Both the position numbers and the translations under genes were made by a program. A model generated the notes under the pieces. The model did not search any database and was not told the DNA's origin. It was given only the letters and a program-made list of their open reading frames with translations. From a virus, in the IMG/VR virus record IMGVR_UViG_3300024262_000020, positions 1 to 64,000 of that record: a stretch of 64,000 nt of DNA; one strand, written 5' to 3'. This document shows, piece by piece, positions 31,604-42,186 of this stretch (position 1 is the first letter of the stretch; every line of letters starts with the position of its first letter).

Positions 31604-34324
31604 GTGAATGGTAATTTTTTATATATAATAAAAAATAGTCAGAAAGATAATATGGGAACACCACTTTATAAACAAATGAAAACTAGGGGAACATCGTTCT
31701 ATGCTTTTCCCTCAGCCGCACACGATTTAAATTTAGCAAATTATAGTGATGATTATAGTATCAATTTCACAAAATTTGCATTATTAAATATACCTCAACA
31801 AACATCAAGGACAACACCTAGAGATAAAACTAGTAAATTAGATTTATTGCCTAAAAATAATACAGGAACGGCACCATTTTACACAACAGATCCGAACCAA
31901 AGTTTACCTACTGATTTTTCTGACCAATTGATTGAATCGTTGCGAAATTATGTTGCTAACTATGATACTACATTACATGAAAGTAGAATAAATGGTAATA
32001 CTGATTTTTATAATATTGGTGAGAGATTTACACCAACTGAAAATATATTTTGGAAATGGTGTAGAAAAATGAATATAATTGATTTTGAGCCAGGTGTCCA
32101 TAAGGTTGATTGGGATAAAAATTTATCAGATTTTGAGAATACAAATGCAAGTGCAACAAATGTTAATTTCTTTAGAAAGTATTTATGGAAAGAACGTGAA
32201 GTTATTAATTATTCAATAACTTCTATATTAGAAGATAGTGTATATACATATGGTGGAAATAATACACCTAAAATAACTATCACCGATAAAGGTAAATTTA
32301 AAATAGGAGATTTAATTCAATTGTCAGGTACAGGTATTCTTGCAATATCATCAACATTATCAACTGGTGTGACATATGTGGTCGGACAAGTTCAAATTAC
32401 AGGTTCAAGTACATTTATATGGTTAGATTATAATTTTCAAGGTGAAGGTGGAAGTGGTACTGTTACAAATTCTTCTATTTATTTAGATTATGATAGATTG
32501 GTACAATATGTTGGTGAGATAAATCAAGTTTCAAATATACAAACTGCATCACGAACAGGACAAGAGATAACTGCTTATATACCACATCATGTGGGTGCTA
32601 CACCTACGGTATTATTTGGTACTAGAGCAACAACAAATTATTATCCTAATCTTGAAATGCCATTACTTTCTGATGAGATACAAGATGAGATTATAGGTGC
32701 TGAGAGTTTAAATTCTCCAATAAGAACAAACCCAGCAAATTATCCAGGTTCATACTTCGGTCAATTTGACACAAATGACCAAACATATCTTTGTGAAGAT
32801 GGTGATAAGTTAAGATTTCAGGGTGATTATTACGGTGTGCTTCTAACTAATAATGTTGGTACTAATTCAGATGATTATTTTGAAAATTTAGAAGATTTTA
32901 ATTCAAATAATATAGATGGTGCTTATATGGATTTCAATAGAGATCATTACTATAAAATGCAAATTCCAGGATTAGAAGTTAATAATTTTGACGAATTTAA
33001 TTCAATTTCAATTGAAGAACAACCTCCATCAGATTTTTATTTTAATGCCGTTCTTTGGTATTATGAATTAATTGAAGAAGATAATGATGGTAACACTTAC
33101 TCATATGTAAATCTTTATGGTATTGAATTTTTAAATAACCCTGAAAATGATGATGATTCGATTAATAATTTGATTACACCTTATCAGAAATTAGTTACTA
33201 ACGGTAGTCAAGATGGATTATCATATATGTTTAATTTAAATGTACATTACAATATTGATAATGATGTTTTACCATTAACATATGACCCATCAACGATCTA
33301 TAATATGTTTGGATTTGATTTATATAATGAGATGATGAAGAAATATTATAGAGTTAATGAAAATTTTATTAATATTATTCAAGAGTTTGTTAGAATAAAC
33401 ATGGATTTACAAAATATGAAAAGTCTTATTTATTCTCAATCTAATATGGACGAATTGAAGTCTAAAATGAATAATATGGAAGATTTGTTAGCATTATATA
33501 AAACAAATCAATTTATAGATTCTGATACAGCTAAAATTTCAGTTGATAATGCAGGAACTTATCCAAGATTAAAATTTAATGTTGTGGGTGTTGAGTATGA
33601 TGAGATTCAAACAGTTTTAGTTTCAGATGCTTACAATTACAATTTTTCAAATACTGGTGCATCATATAGTGTACCGATGTCATTTACTAATAAGATGTTG
33701 TTAACAATTCTTAATGATAACATATCTACGGATTCAGGTAATGTCTCAATTGTATTAGATAGGGATTTGAGATTTAAACAAAAAATAGATATTGTAGTGA
33801 AACCCAGATTTGCACAATATTATCAACGATTATATTTAAATATGAATTTTAATTATAATAATGCTATAACAGAAACAAATATATTTAATGTTGATTTACC
33901 AATTGATGTTATATCATATAATGTAGCAGATCCTACTGGATCAACATTTACAAATAGTTATTACACAAATGAAAATGTATATACTAACACTACAGACATT
34001 GTAACAGGAGCAACTTGGTGTGAAACAGGGTTTACTAATGTTGTTATAACTGAAGATTTATTTTTAAGTGGTGATACTGTATATGTTCAAAATTTATATT
34101 TAAGTGATGTTGCTGGGGCTATTGGTGATTATAGTGGAGCATATTCAATTTTAGATAAAACTGGTATAGATCTAACAATAGATTTACAGGCTTATGGATA
34201 TAGATTGGTTGGTCAACCAATTGTTAGTTATTATAAAGGAATTCTAATATCTATATTAAGGGTTGATGAATCAGATTCATCATCATTTGATGATAGATAT
34301 GAGATAACATATAAAATAATTTAA
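31604..34324 (+). CDS. Large virion structural protein (likely baseplate/tail-associated); start probably at MGTPLYK (31652)
   Basis: 906 aa, T/N/G-rich, upstream of baseplate wedge gene. Confidence 0.55.
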   Translation: MNGNFLYIIKNSQKDNMGTPLYKQMKTRGTSFYAFPSAAHDLNLANYSDDYSINFTKFALLNIPQQTSRTTPRDKTSKLDLLPKNNTGTAPFYTTDPNQSLPTDFSDQLIESLRNYVANYDTTLHESRINGNTDFYNIGERFTPTENIFWKWCRKMNIIDFEPGVHKVDWDKNLSDFENTNASATNVNFFRKYLWKEREVINYSITSILEDSVYTYGGNNTPKITITDKGKFKIGDLIQLSGTGILAISSTLSTGVTYVVGQVQITGSSTFIWLDYNFQGEGGSGTVTNSSIYLDYDRLVQYVGEINQVSNIQTASRTGQEITAYIPHHVGATPTVLFGTRATTNYYPNLEMPLLSDEIQDEIIGAESLNSPIRTNPANYPGSYFGQFDTNDQTYLCEDGDKLRFQGDYYGVLLTNNVGTNSDDYFENLEDFNSNNIDGAYMDFNRDHYYKMQIPGLEVNNFDEFNSISIEEQPPSDFYFNAVLWYYELIEEDNDGNTYSYVNLYGIEFLNNPENDDDSINNLITPYQKLVTNGSQDGLSYMFNLNVHYNIDNDVLPLTYDPSTIYNMFGFDLYNEMMKKYYRVNENFINIIQEFVRINMDLQNMKSLIYSQSNMDELKSKMNNMEDLLALYKTNQFIDSDTAKISVDNAGTYPRLKFNVVGVEYDEIQTVLVSDAYNYNFSNTGASYSVPMSFTNKMLLTILNDNISTDSGNVSIVLDRDLRFKQKIDIVVKPRFAQYYQRLYLNMNFNYNNAITETNIFNVDLPIDVISYNVADPTGSTFTNSYYTNENVYTNTTDIVTGATWCETGFTNVVITEDLFLSGDTVYVQNLYLSDVAGAIGDYSGAYSILDKTGIDLTIDLQAYGYRLVGQPIVSYYKGILISILRVDESDSSSFDDRYEITYKII

Positions 34325-34326
34325 TT

Positions 34327-34980
34327 ATGGAAATAATAATTTCAGATTTAGTAAATGCAATAAATAATAGTTTTGATTCAACAAAAGTGATGTCTGTTGA
34401 TTCAGTTTATGAAAAAATAGACAATTCAAATGAATTAAAATTAATTATATTTATGAATGGTGTGTTGTATAATGATATTAATATAATTTATACCAAATTA
34501 ATTTTTATAGTAGATGGTAGTAAATATAAATTAACAAAAAACTATTTTACATATTTATATGATATTAATTGTGAATATGTTAGAATTGATTTTGAAGATT
34601 TGGAAGATTTTAAGACTAAAATAAAAGATATTTTCAAAAAGAATAAATTTGGTGATGATATAAAGGTTCTTTCTAAATTCATTAAATCCCCTGCGGTTTT
34701 AGTAAATGAATGGTTGAATGAAAATGATGTGACTGATATATCTGTGACAGGGTTTAAATATGAACCAAAAATTAAAATAATGCCTTGTAAATCTTTATTT
34801 TTTAGTTTTGGTATTAATTTGAGTAGTGATCAGTCAATTGAACTTGAAATTTCCAGAGAAAAACAGGATTTTTACATATTTAAATTTAAAATATTGGACA
34901 ATTACGTTACGGTGGAACAGGAAAATTTGAATAATCTAGTAAGAGTTATAGGTGAAACGTTAAAAAATAAGATTAAGTAA
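34327..34980 (+). CDS. Hypothetical protein in structural operon
   Basis: ORF track. Confidence 0.55.
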   Translation: MEIIISDLVNAINNSFDSTKVMSVDSVYEKIDNSNELKLIIFMNGVLYNDINIIYTKLIFIVDGSKYKLTKNYFTYLYDINCEYVRIDFEDLEDFKTKIKDIFKKNKFGDDIKVLSKFIKSPAVLVNEWLNENDVTDISVTGFKYEPKIKIMPCKSLFFSFGINLSSDQSIELEISREKQDFYIFKFKILDNYVTVEQENLNNLVRVIGETLKNKIK

Positions 34981-37055
34981 TGGCTGATAGAAAAAGAACA
35001 GAGAAAATTTTTGAATATGTTGAATTAAATTTTAACAATTTAAGTCGTCAGGTTAATAATTGGTTATCATCTACTTATAATAAATCAGGTATATTATTTA
35101 ATTCTGCATCACCTTATGGTCAACTTTTAACCCAAATGAAAGAATTTTTCAGATTGAATATTCTTTATAATAAAAATATTATAAGACAATTTGACATAGA
35201 ACAGTCAAAGACTAAACGTATGATATTAAATATGGCTAGAATATCGGGTCATAATCCTTCAAGAGCAATATCAGCAAAAGGTTCTCTTAAGTTCAAATTG
35301 AAACAAGGAATAAATATACAACAAAAAATTCAAGGTAGTGCTGTTATTATATATAATGATACTACATTAAAGAATAAAACTAATACATTGTTTTATACGC
35401 TTAAGGTTGGATCTGATCGAAATATTTATCCATTATCTCCAGGTTGTCAATTTTTCATTAATATAGTTCAAGGCAAATATGAAACACAACCATATACAGG
35501 AACAGGAGAAAAAAATCAATCGATAGCGGTTATTGTTGATAATAATCAAACGATAGATAATTTTGATTATCAGGTGTTTGTCGATGGTGTCAATATGTCA
35601 ATTAGAGATCATTTATATGATATGTTAGAGGATGAAAATGCTTGTTTTACCCGCACTGGATTTGATGGTGGATTAGATGTTTATTTTGGTAATGGTGTCA
35701 ATGGTATGATTCCACCGTTAGGTTCAGTTATTGAAATTAAATATTTATTAACTGATGGTATTGCTGGTAATATTCCAAACCCAAAAGTAAATGATTTTGA
35801 GTTTGTTGGTGATATGTATGATTCAGAAGGAAATATTTTAACCGCACAACAATTGTTTGATATTTTTGTTGAAAATGATATTACATTTGCATCTGATGGT
35901 GAAAGTTTAGAATATACAAAGAGTGTAATTCCTTATGTATCAAGAAATTTTGTATTGGCAACACCACAACAATTTATTTATCATCTGAAAAAATTAAATT
36001 TCTTTTCAAAGGTAAATGCTTTTAATACATTAGATATGGTAGAAATCGATATTGATGCTGATGGTGATTTAGATCAAGTTAACATTAATGAAATGTATTT
36101 ATTTTTAATACCAAGAATAACTAATTATTTTGTTGGTGATGTCAATTATTTTAATGTACCTTTTGATGCATTTTATTTGGATAATTATGAAAAAAATAGA
36201 GTAATAGAATATTTAAAGAAACAAGGCACAATTAGTATAACTGCTAAAATATCAATTTTAGATCCTTTAATTAGAATGTATGTTGCTAATGTGTATGTTA
36301 GACGATTTGATGATGAGCCAGAAGAAAATATTAGAGATCAGATAATCGATTATTTATCTAATTATTTTGCAGAAAATGATAGATATGACAGAATTGTTAA
36401 AGCTGATATTATAAGGGGATTGAAAGGTATTGATGGTATTGATTCTGTTAATATTGAATTTATAAGTAAAGCTAATGAAGATTATCATAGAGATGGTGCA
36501 ATATTAAAGTCACAAAGAAGAGGTGTAATTGAAACTACTTATGCGACTAATACTAAAAGTGTTAAAGTTGAGTCAAGTAAAATTGCAAGGGGTACAGTTT
36601 CGATGAATTCTCCACAAAAAACAGATACATCATTTAAAATTCGTGATGATAAATATAAAACTACAAAATTTGATAATAGACTTAGTTCAAGTGATAGTGA
36701 TATTTCTTCACTAGGACCTACAACTTTAGTTGATTATAAACAAACAAATTATAATGAAAATGAATTTTTAGGTATAGATCCTGTTTTGGGTGATATTATT
36801 ATAAATAAACAAACTGATAGAAGAAAAAGTCAACTTGCAATACTTAGAGGTGGTTGGGCTGATAGAAATGGTATTTATTATTATGAAGATCCTAGGGTTT
36901 CTGATGGGTTTAGTACTGTAAATATTATTTTTAAAGATAATGAGCCAGAGGTTACTAAAAGGACACAGATAAGTAATGAAACATCGACACAATCTAAATC
37001 AAATATTTCATCAACAACAGTTTCTGTGAGAGCAAAAAATACTAATGCTAGTTAA
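34980..37055 (+). CDS. Baseplate wedge subunit (T4 gp6-like)
   Basis: ELNFNNL, ARISGHNPSRA.SA, VYFGNGVNGMIPP.GS.IEIKYL.TDG..GN. Confidence 0.8.
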   Translation: MADRKRTEKIFEYVELNFNNLSRQVNNWLSSTYNKSGILFNSASPYGQLLTQMKEFFRLNILYNKNIIRQFDIEQSKTKRMILNMARISGHNPSRAISAKGSLKFKLKQGINIQQKIQGSAVIIYNDTTLKNKTNTLFYTLKVGSDRNIYPLSPGCQFFINIVQGKYETQPYTGTGEKNQSIAVIVDNNQTIDNFDYQVFVDGVNMSIRDHLYDMLEDENACFTRTGFDGGLDVYFGNGVNGMIPPLGSVIEIKYLLTDGIAGNIPNPKVNDFEFVGDMYDSEGNILTAQQLFDIFVENDITFASDGESLEYTKSVIPYVSRNFVLATPQQFIYHLKKLNFFSKVNAFNTLDMVEIDIDADGDLDQVNINEMYLFLIPRITNYFVGDVNYFNVPFDAFYLDNYEKNRVIEYLKKQGTISITAKISILDPLIRMYVANVYVRRFDDEPEENIRDQIIDYLSNYFAENDRYDRIVKADIIRGLKGIDGIDSVNIEFISKANEDYHRDGAILKSQRRGVIETTYATNTKSVKVESSKIARGTVSMNSPQKTDTSFKIRDDKYKTTKFDNRLSSSDSDISSLGPTTLVDYKQTNYNENEFLGIDPVLGDIIINKQTDRRKSQLAILRGGWADRNGIYYYEDPRVSDGFSTVNIIFKDNEPEVTKRTQISNETSTQSKSNISSTTVSVRAKNTNAS

Positions 37056-37339
37056 AGACTAAAATCTATAAATAATTGTTCTTTATCTTTTATTACAAAG
37101 TTATGAATATAAAATGCTAATTTTTTATAGTTCTTATATTCATAGATGTTATTTATTTTATATCTGCTTAAGAATTTTTCATCAATAGACATTTTGTAAT
37201 TATCATTCTTATCAAACCAGTAAATCATGTTAAATAATTCATCCTTTACTTTTAATGATAAGTCAATAGCAATACCATTATCTACTTTTCCAATGTAATT
37301 TACTACTGATATAAAGTTATCTAAATCTTGTTCTTCCAT
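37052..37339 (-). CDS. Hypothetical protein
   Basis: ORF track. Confidence 0.5.
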   Translation of the reverse strand: MEEQDLDNFISVVNYIGKVDNGIAIDLSLKVKDELFNMIYWFDKNDNYKMSIDEKFLSRYKINNIYEYKNYKKLAFYIHNFVIKDKEQLFIDFSL

Positions 37340-37383
37340 AGGGAAAGAGTTTTTTTAATATATATTATAAAAATAAGGTTTCT

Positions 37384-37752
37384 ATGGCATTAAATGATGT
37401 GAAGGATTTAGTCATCAGGTATGATGGACATCCAAGATATGTAGTCAATAAAATTGTTGAAGATGATGAAGTTGAAGTTATTGTTCAAAAATTAGAAATG
37501 ATTTTATTTACTAGTGAGAATGATGTCATAGGAGATGACGTTGGTATTGGTTTAGAATATTATTTGTGGCAAACCAGAGTTTCAGTTGTAACTATTGATT
37601 CGAAGATAAGAACACAAATATCAAAATATATTCCAGAATTAGATCAATTAGGATATTCATTATCGATAGATATTTTTGAGGGTACATATAGAGATATAAT
37701 GTATTTAAATTTTATTATTAGAGGATATAATATCGACTTTATTTTTGAATAA
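37384..37752 (+). CDS. gp25-like baseplate/sheath initiator
   Basis: LEMILFT...G.GLEYYLW...I..QI..YIPE; size and context. Confidence 0.65.
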   Translation: MALNDVKDLVIRYDGHPRYVVNKIVEDDEVEVIVQKLEMILFTSENDVIGDDVGIGLEYYLWQTRVSVVTIDSKIRTQISKYIPELDQLGYSLSIDIFEGTYRDIMYLNFIIRGYNIDFIFE

Positions 37753-37764
37753 ATAAGAAATTTT

Positions 37765-39885
37765 ATGGAAAGACTTGAAGAATTTATATTAACAAGTGAA
37801 ATAGTTAAGGATATTGAATATAGGGAGAATTTAGGTAAATTATTAAAGAGATATGAAAAACTTTGGTTTTCAAATCTTAAAGGAATTAAAAAAGCTGGAT
37901 TGACTTTTGCCTTTACTGATGATGAATTTGAAGAATATATTAAATGTAAACTGTCAGTTCATTACTTTGCCGAAAAATATTGTAAGATTAAACTTGAAGA
38001 TGGTACTATTGGACATATGACATTACGAGATTACCAAAGAAAGATAATTGATTTATATACAAAGAATAGATATTCAATTTTGATGGCTTCTAGACAGACA
38101 GGTAAAACTGTTTCAGCAGCAATCGTCATATTACATTTTGTGTTATTTAATGACGATAAAGGTGCTATGATTGTTGCAAATAAAGGTAACACAGTAAAAG
38201 AAATTGTAAGAAAAATAAAAGATATTTATAGATTATTACCATTTTTCCTTAAAAAAGGTGTAGTAAATTGGAATGAAAAATCAATCGCTTTTGAAAATAA
38301 TTCAAGAATCCAATCTGAAAATAGAACAAAAGAACCTGCTATTGGTTTTACTATTGATATGTTATATCTTGATGAGTTCGCCCATATTCCAGACAATTAT
38401 GTGAGAGACTATTATGGGGCAATTGTACCTGTTGTTTCTGCGATATCAAATTCAAAAATCATAATAACATCAACCCCTAACGGATATAATTTATTTCATG
38501 ATTTATTAGTGGGTGCTGAAAAGGAGATTGATGATCCTTTGAAAAACCCATATACTGCTATGCGTGTATATTGGCATCAGGTTGATGGTAGACAAGATAC
38601 TCAGATACAAATTATGGCGAATAAACTTAAAAAATATAATTTTAGTAAATCTGGGGTATTAAGAGAATTAAGAGAACAAGGTTTAGGTTTTTATAAGAAA
38701 AAGAAAGGTGACGATATTATTGATTGTGTAAAATATGACCCTGATGACAAAGTGACATATATCGGAGAAATACGAAAAATGAGAGTGTCAGGTATACCAT
38801 TACCTGAAATTGCAATAATAACAAATTGGCAAGAAGAAGAAACAAAACTTATCGGTGGTGAAGAAAAATTTAAACAAGAATATGATCTTCATTTTATTAC
38901 TGGTGATAAATTACTATTTGATAGAATAACTATGGACTCTATTAAGAAGAAAGTCATACCTTTTTATTATACTCCAATACCTCATTTTGATAAAAAATTA
39001 ATTATTCCTTATGAATCATTAAAATGGGTTTCAAATAAACCAGAATTGTTTGATTTACAAAGAGTTAAAGATTATTATATAATGGCGGCTGTTGACTTAG
39101 CAGAAGGTTTAGCACAGGATTATACTGTGTTGAATATTTTCAGATTATTGATGAAATCTAAAGAAGAGATAAAAAGAGATAGTGAGATGTTTGAAAATAT
39201 TTATGATTTATTTAAACTTGAACAAATAGGTATGTATAGAAATAACATATACTCTATTAAAGAGGTTGCTCATATTTTTTATTTACTTGGATTCGAGTTT
39301 TTTGATCCTGAAAGGTTTAAATCTGTATTAGAATATAATACTTATGGTGGTGAATTTTTATCACATTTACCAAATGTGTTTGAAGGTAATAACGAGTTTT
39401 TTAATGCAGTATTTTTAAGATATAAACATAGAAAAGAAGATAAGATGTCTAAAATAGGTATAAAACTTAGTCGTGATAAACATCTAATAGTTGATAAGGA
39501 TTTTCAACAAGCGGTAAAAAAGAGAAAAATGGTAATACATAATGATATAAATATCACAGAAATATCAACATTTAGTAAACAAGTTACACCTGGTGGTAAT
39601 GTTACATATAAAGCCGAAACTGGTAATGATGATTGTGTTATGACAAATGTTTTACTTTCGACAGTTTATGATAATCCAGGATTTAAAAATCTTGTTGATA
39701 TGTATATATCTAGTGAATTGGATGGTGATGTTTTGCAATTTGTTGAGAAATTTGCAGAAGAAACGTCAGGTTCTGCACTTACAGGAAATTTTTCAGCAAT
39801 GAGACAAAAGGTGTATGGTAATAGTCCAAAAAATATATCACCATTTGTGAATAATGTTCCTATTAGAAGAAATCCTTTTGGTTAA
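37765..39885 (+). CDS. terL: Terminase large subunit (T4 gp17-like)
   Basis: LRDYQ, ASRQTGKT Walker A, YLDEFAH Walker B, ITSTPNG, VDLAEG..QDY, NDDCVM nuclease. Confidence 0.95.
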   Translation: MERLEEFILTSEIVKDIEYRENLGKLLKRYEKLWFSNLKGIKKAGLTFAFTDDEFEEYIKCKLSVHYFAEKYCKIKLEDGTIGHMTLRDYQRKIIDLYTKNRYSILMASRQTGKTVSAAIVILHFVLFNDDKGAMIVANKGNTVKEIVRKIKDIYRLLPFFLKKGVVNWNEKSIAFENNSRIQSENRTKEPAIGFTIDMLYLDEFAHIPDNYVRDYYGAIVPVVSAISNSKIIITSTPNGYNLFHDLLVGAEKEIDDPLKNPYTAMRVYWHQVDGRQDTQIQIMANKLKKYNFSKSGVLRELREQGLGFYKKKKGDDIIDCVKYDPDDKVTYIGEIRKMRVSGIPLPEIAIITNWQEEETKLIGGEEKFKQEYDLHFITGDKLLFDRITMDSIKKKVIPFYYTPIPHFDKKLIIPYESLKWVSNKPELFDLQRVKDYYIMAAVDLAEGLAQDYTVLNIFRLLMKSKEEIKRDSEMFENIYDLFKLEQIGMYRNNIYSIKEVAHIFYLLGFEFFDPERFKSVLEYNTYGGEFLSHLPNVFEGNNEFFNAVFLRYKHRKEDKMSKIGIKLSRDKHLIVDKDFQQAVKKRKMVIHNDINITEISTFSKQVTPGGNVTYKAETGNDDCVMTNVLLSTVYDNPGFKNLVDMYISSELDGDVLQFVEKFAEETSGSALTGNFSAMRQKVYGNSPKNISPFVNNVPIRRNPFG

Positions 39886-39948
39886 AAACTTACATTATTT
39901 TAAAACTAATTGTATTCAGTATGATATAAAATAAAAACAATTTACTGA

Positions 39949-40725
39949 ATGGCAAAAACTCAAGCAGTTAATCATTTGTTTTCTATGACAAATGAACAAT
40001 TAAAAAACTTCCTAGATAAAATAAAAGACTTGGTTAGTATTTCTGATGAAGTTTTATTAAAAGTTGATAACCACAATATATTAATGTATTCCTTAGTTGG
40101 TGAGAAGAAAAATGTAAACGCATTTAAATCCTTTATCGTAAAAACTGAAGATTTATTCACTTTTAAAGAAGAGTTGGTGAAACAAATGAAATATATCATA
40201 CCGAATGGTAAAAAATTTGATTCTAATATCAGAAATTTTCTCGATTATAATGAAATACTCAATTGTACTTTTTATATGAATGATGAGGAATATGCTGATA
40301 ATCTACTGATTAAAAATAAATTCTTACGACTAAATCAGATAGGTGGAGATCCAAGAGGTGCAACATTAGATATTGATATTGAACAAGTTAAAGACGCAAT
40401 TGATAAAGATAAATCTGATTTTAAATTTTCTTTACCAAAAGATGTTTTTGAAAAAATTAAAAAAATGTCAAAAATTGAATTGGAGAATGATATTTTATAT
40501 CTTAATATTAAAGATCATATCTTAACTATTGCGGAAAACGCTTGGGAATTAACTGTGTGTGATACTGATCAAAAAGATTTGTCAATTACATTTCCTAAAA
40601 AATATTTTAATTCATTACAAATCCCTAATGGTACAACTGAGGTTGAAGTTTTTGTATTTGATTCATTCTTATTAGTGGATAATGAGAATACAAGCCTTCT
40701 TGTGGCGTTGGAATTATCAATTTAA
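39949..40725 (+). CDS. Probable DNA sliding clamp (gp45/PCNA-like)
   Basis: 258 aa two-domain alpha/beta pattern; no strong motif. Confidence 0.45.
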   Translation: MAKTQAVNHLFSMTNEQLKNFLDKIKDLVSISDEVLLKVDNHNILMYSLVGEKKNVNAFKSFIVKTEDLFTFKEELVKQMKYIIPNGKKFDSNIRNFLDYNEILNCTFYMNDEEYADNLLIKNKFLRLNQIGGDPRGATLDIDIEQVKDAIDKDKSDFKFSLPKDVFEKIKKMSKIELENDILYLNIKDHILTIAENAWELTVCDTDQKDLSITFPKKYFNSLQIPNGTTEVEVFVFDSFLLVDNENTSLLVALELSI

Positions 40726-40728
40726 ATG

Positions 40729-40800
40729 TGACGAGTACGGGATTCGAACCCGTATCTTCGGTTTTAGAGACCGACATTCTGACCATTGAACTAACAAGCC
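40729..40800 (-). tRNA. tRNA-Sup(CUA), amber suppressor, Trp-like body, two acceptor-stem mismatches
   Basis: GGCTTGT-TAGTTCAATGGTCAGAAT-G-TCGGT CTCTAAA ACCGA-AGAT-ACGGG TTCGAAT CCCGT-ACTCGTC-A. Confidence 0.8.
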
Positions 40801-40803
40801 ATT

Positions 40804-40827
40804 AGTCCTGTTTTAACAGGACTTTTC
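40804..40827 (+). terminator. Hairpin terminator for plus-strand transcription
   Basis: AGTCCTG-TTTTAA-CAGGACT-TTT. Confidence 0.55.
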
Positions 40828-41175
40828 TAATTCCTTTAATTTTGCTAATCGTGAAGCATCAACTACGATAACTTCATCAGTTTCTTTAATATATTTCAAT
40901 CGATAAATCCACTCACCTGGTTTGGTTTTTAAAATTGTATATTTTTCCATTTCTAAAATTTGGTCATAACCAACTTTAACCCCATCATATTCAGATTTAT
41001 TTTCCGAATATTTGTTGATAACCGTTAGATAGTTTCCTATCAAATGACCTTCTTCAGGTAGAAGTGTTTTTAATGTGTGTGATTTTGCATTTTCTAAATC
41101 TTTACTTAAAGACCAGAATGTATCACATTTAAAATATACTTTATTATCTTTTAATACTTTACAAACTATGTCCAT
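40813..41175 (-). CDS. Hypothetical protein, RxxKL C-tail
   Basis: ORF track; preceded by TATATTTG promoter. Confidence 0.55.
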   Translation of the reverse strand: MDIVCKVLKDNKVYFKCDTFWSLSKDLENAKSHTLKTLLPEEGHLIGNYLTVINKYSENKSEYDGVKVGYDQILEMEKYTILKTKPGEWIYRLKYIKETDEVIVVDASRLAKLKELEKSC

Positions 41176-41198
41176 ATTTTCAGTTTTTATTTATGTTG

Positions 41199-41206
41199 CA
41201 AATATA
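41199..41206 (-). promoter_or_regulatory. Bacteroidota-type -7 promoter element (TAnnTTTG)
   Basis: TATATTTG; same motif at 45839, 46688, 52153, 53740 and 56278 upstream of minus-strand genes. Confidence 0.65.
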
Positions 41207-41329
41207 CAATAATTTTTTAAAATAAAAAGGGTGTGATAGAAATTTTTCAATTAATTGAGATTAACCTTTGCAACGAGGTATTTCTATCTGATACTTTATA
41301 GTATTATCTCATAAACATTTTACACCCTT

Positions 41330-41380
41330 TTATAGTGTCCAGAGACTATAAACACTATTTATAGTCTCTGGACACTATAA
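41330..41380. repeat. Perfect 23-bp inverted repeat with 5-nt loop
   Basis: TTATAGTGTCCAGAGACTATAAA-CACTA-TTTATAGTCTCTGGACACTATAA. Confidence 0.95.
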
Positions 41381-41383
41381 CTA

Positions 41384-41845
41384 TTAAAAAGTGAAAAGTT
41401 CTTGTCTTTTCTGTCTTTCTTTGTAGTAATCACCTTTTTCAGTTTTATATTCCAAAAGTGCGTTTTCTGCTTCATCACGAAGTTTTAACCATTCTTTTCT
41501 TTTCTTTTGAATTTCTTCTTCTTTCAAAGATTTTCTGATTTGAACTTTTTCAATTGGTTCAAAAGTTTTATATAAAAGGTGTAAAAGTGAATTGACATTT
41601 CTTAATGTCATTTTCTTATTGACACCATTTAAATATTTATTAACTTTCTTTAATTGATTTTTTGAAAGATTGTGAGTTGAAATTGGCATATTTTTATATA
41701 TGTTGATATCACCAACAATTCTATAATCCATTATTCTCACCCAAGTTTCAATTTTTTCAAGTGTTTTGTTAATTTTTGCTTTTAATTCTGTTTCTGTATA
41801 TACATATACATTTTCTGTGTTTTCTGTTCTTTCTAAAGTTTTCAT
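41384..41845 (-). CDS. Hypothetical basic protein
   Basis: ORF track; AAGGAG SD upstream. Confidence 0.6.
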   Translation of the reverse strand: MKTLERTENTENVYVYTETELKAKINKTLEKIETWVRIMDYRIVGDINIYKNMPISTHNLSKNQLKKVNKYLNGVNKKMTLRNVNSLLHLLYKTFEPIEKVQIRKSLKEEEIQKKRKEWLKLRDEAENALLEYKTEKGDYYKERQKRQELFTF

Positions 41846-41863
41846 GTTTTTTCTCCTTATTTT

Positions 41864-42130
41864 TTAAATGTTTTTTATTAAATCTAATTTTTCTTTTCTT
41901 AATTTTCTGACAACATCTTCTACTGGTATTGATGCGTAATATTGATCAGAGTCACCACATCGATTATATGAGTAATATCTTAAATCAAATTCATCACCAT
42001 CAAAGTCAACATCAGGATAATATCCACTTAGATCATCTCCGTATTTGTCACCATTTGTCATTTCTGCTAAGAAATCGATGAACCATTCATCTTCATTATC
42101 TACCCATTCATTCATTTTATCTACTAACAT
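41864..42130 (-). CDS. Hypothetical acidic protein, RKEKL C-tail
   Basis: ORF track. Confidence 0.55.
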   Translation of the reverse strand: MLVDKMNEWVDNEDEWFIDFLAEMTNGDKYGDDLSGYYPDVDFDGDEFDLRYYSYNRCGDSDQYYASIPVEDVVRKLRKEKLDLIKNI

Positions 42131-42186
42131 AATTTTTAATTTTTTTGTTTTATTTAAATAATTTTAATTCTCTGGCTAGATAATTT

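Noticed and set aside
40729-40800. Pyrrolysine tRNA
   Set aside because: Standard D-loop with GG, TTC T-loop and 5-bp anticodon stem; no pyl genes in the window.
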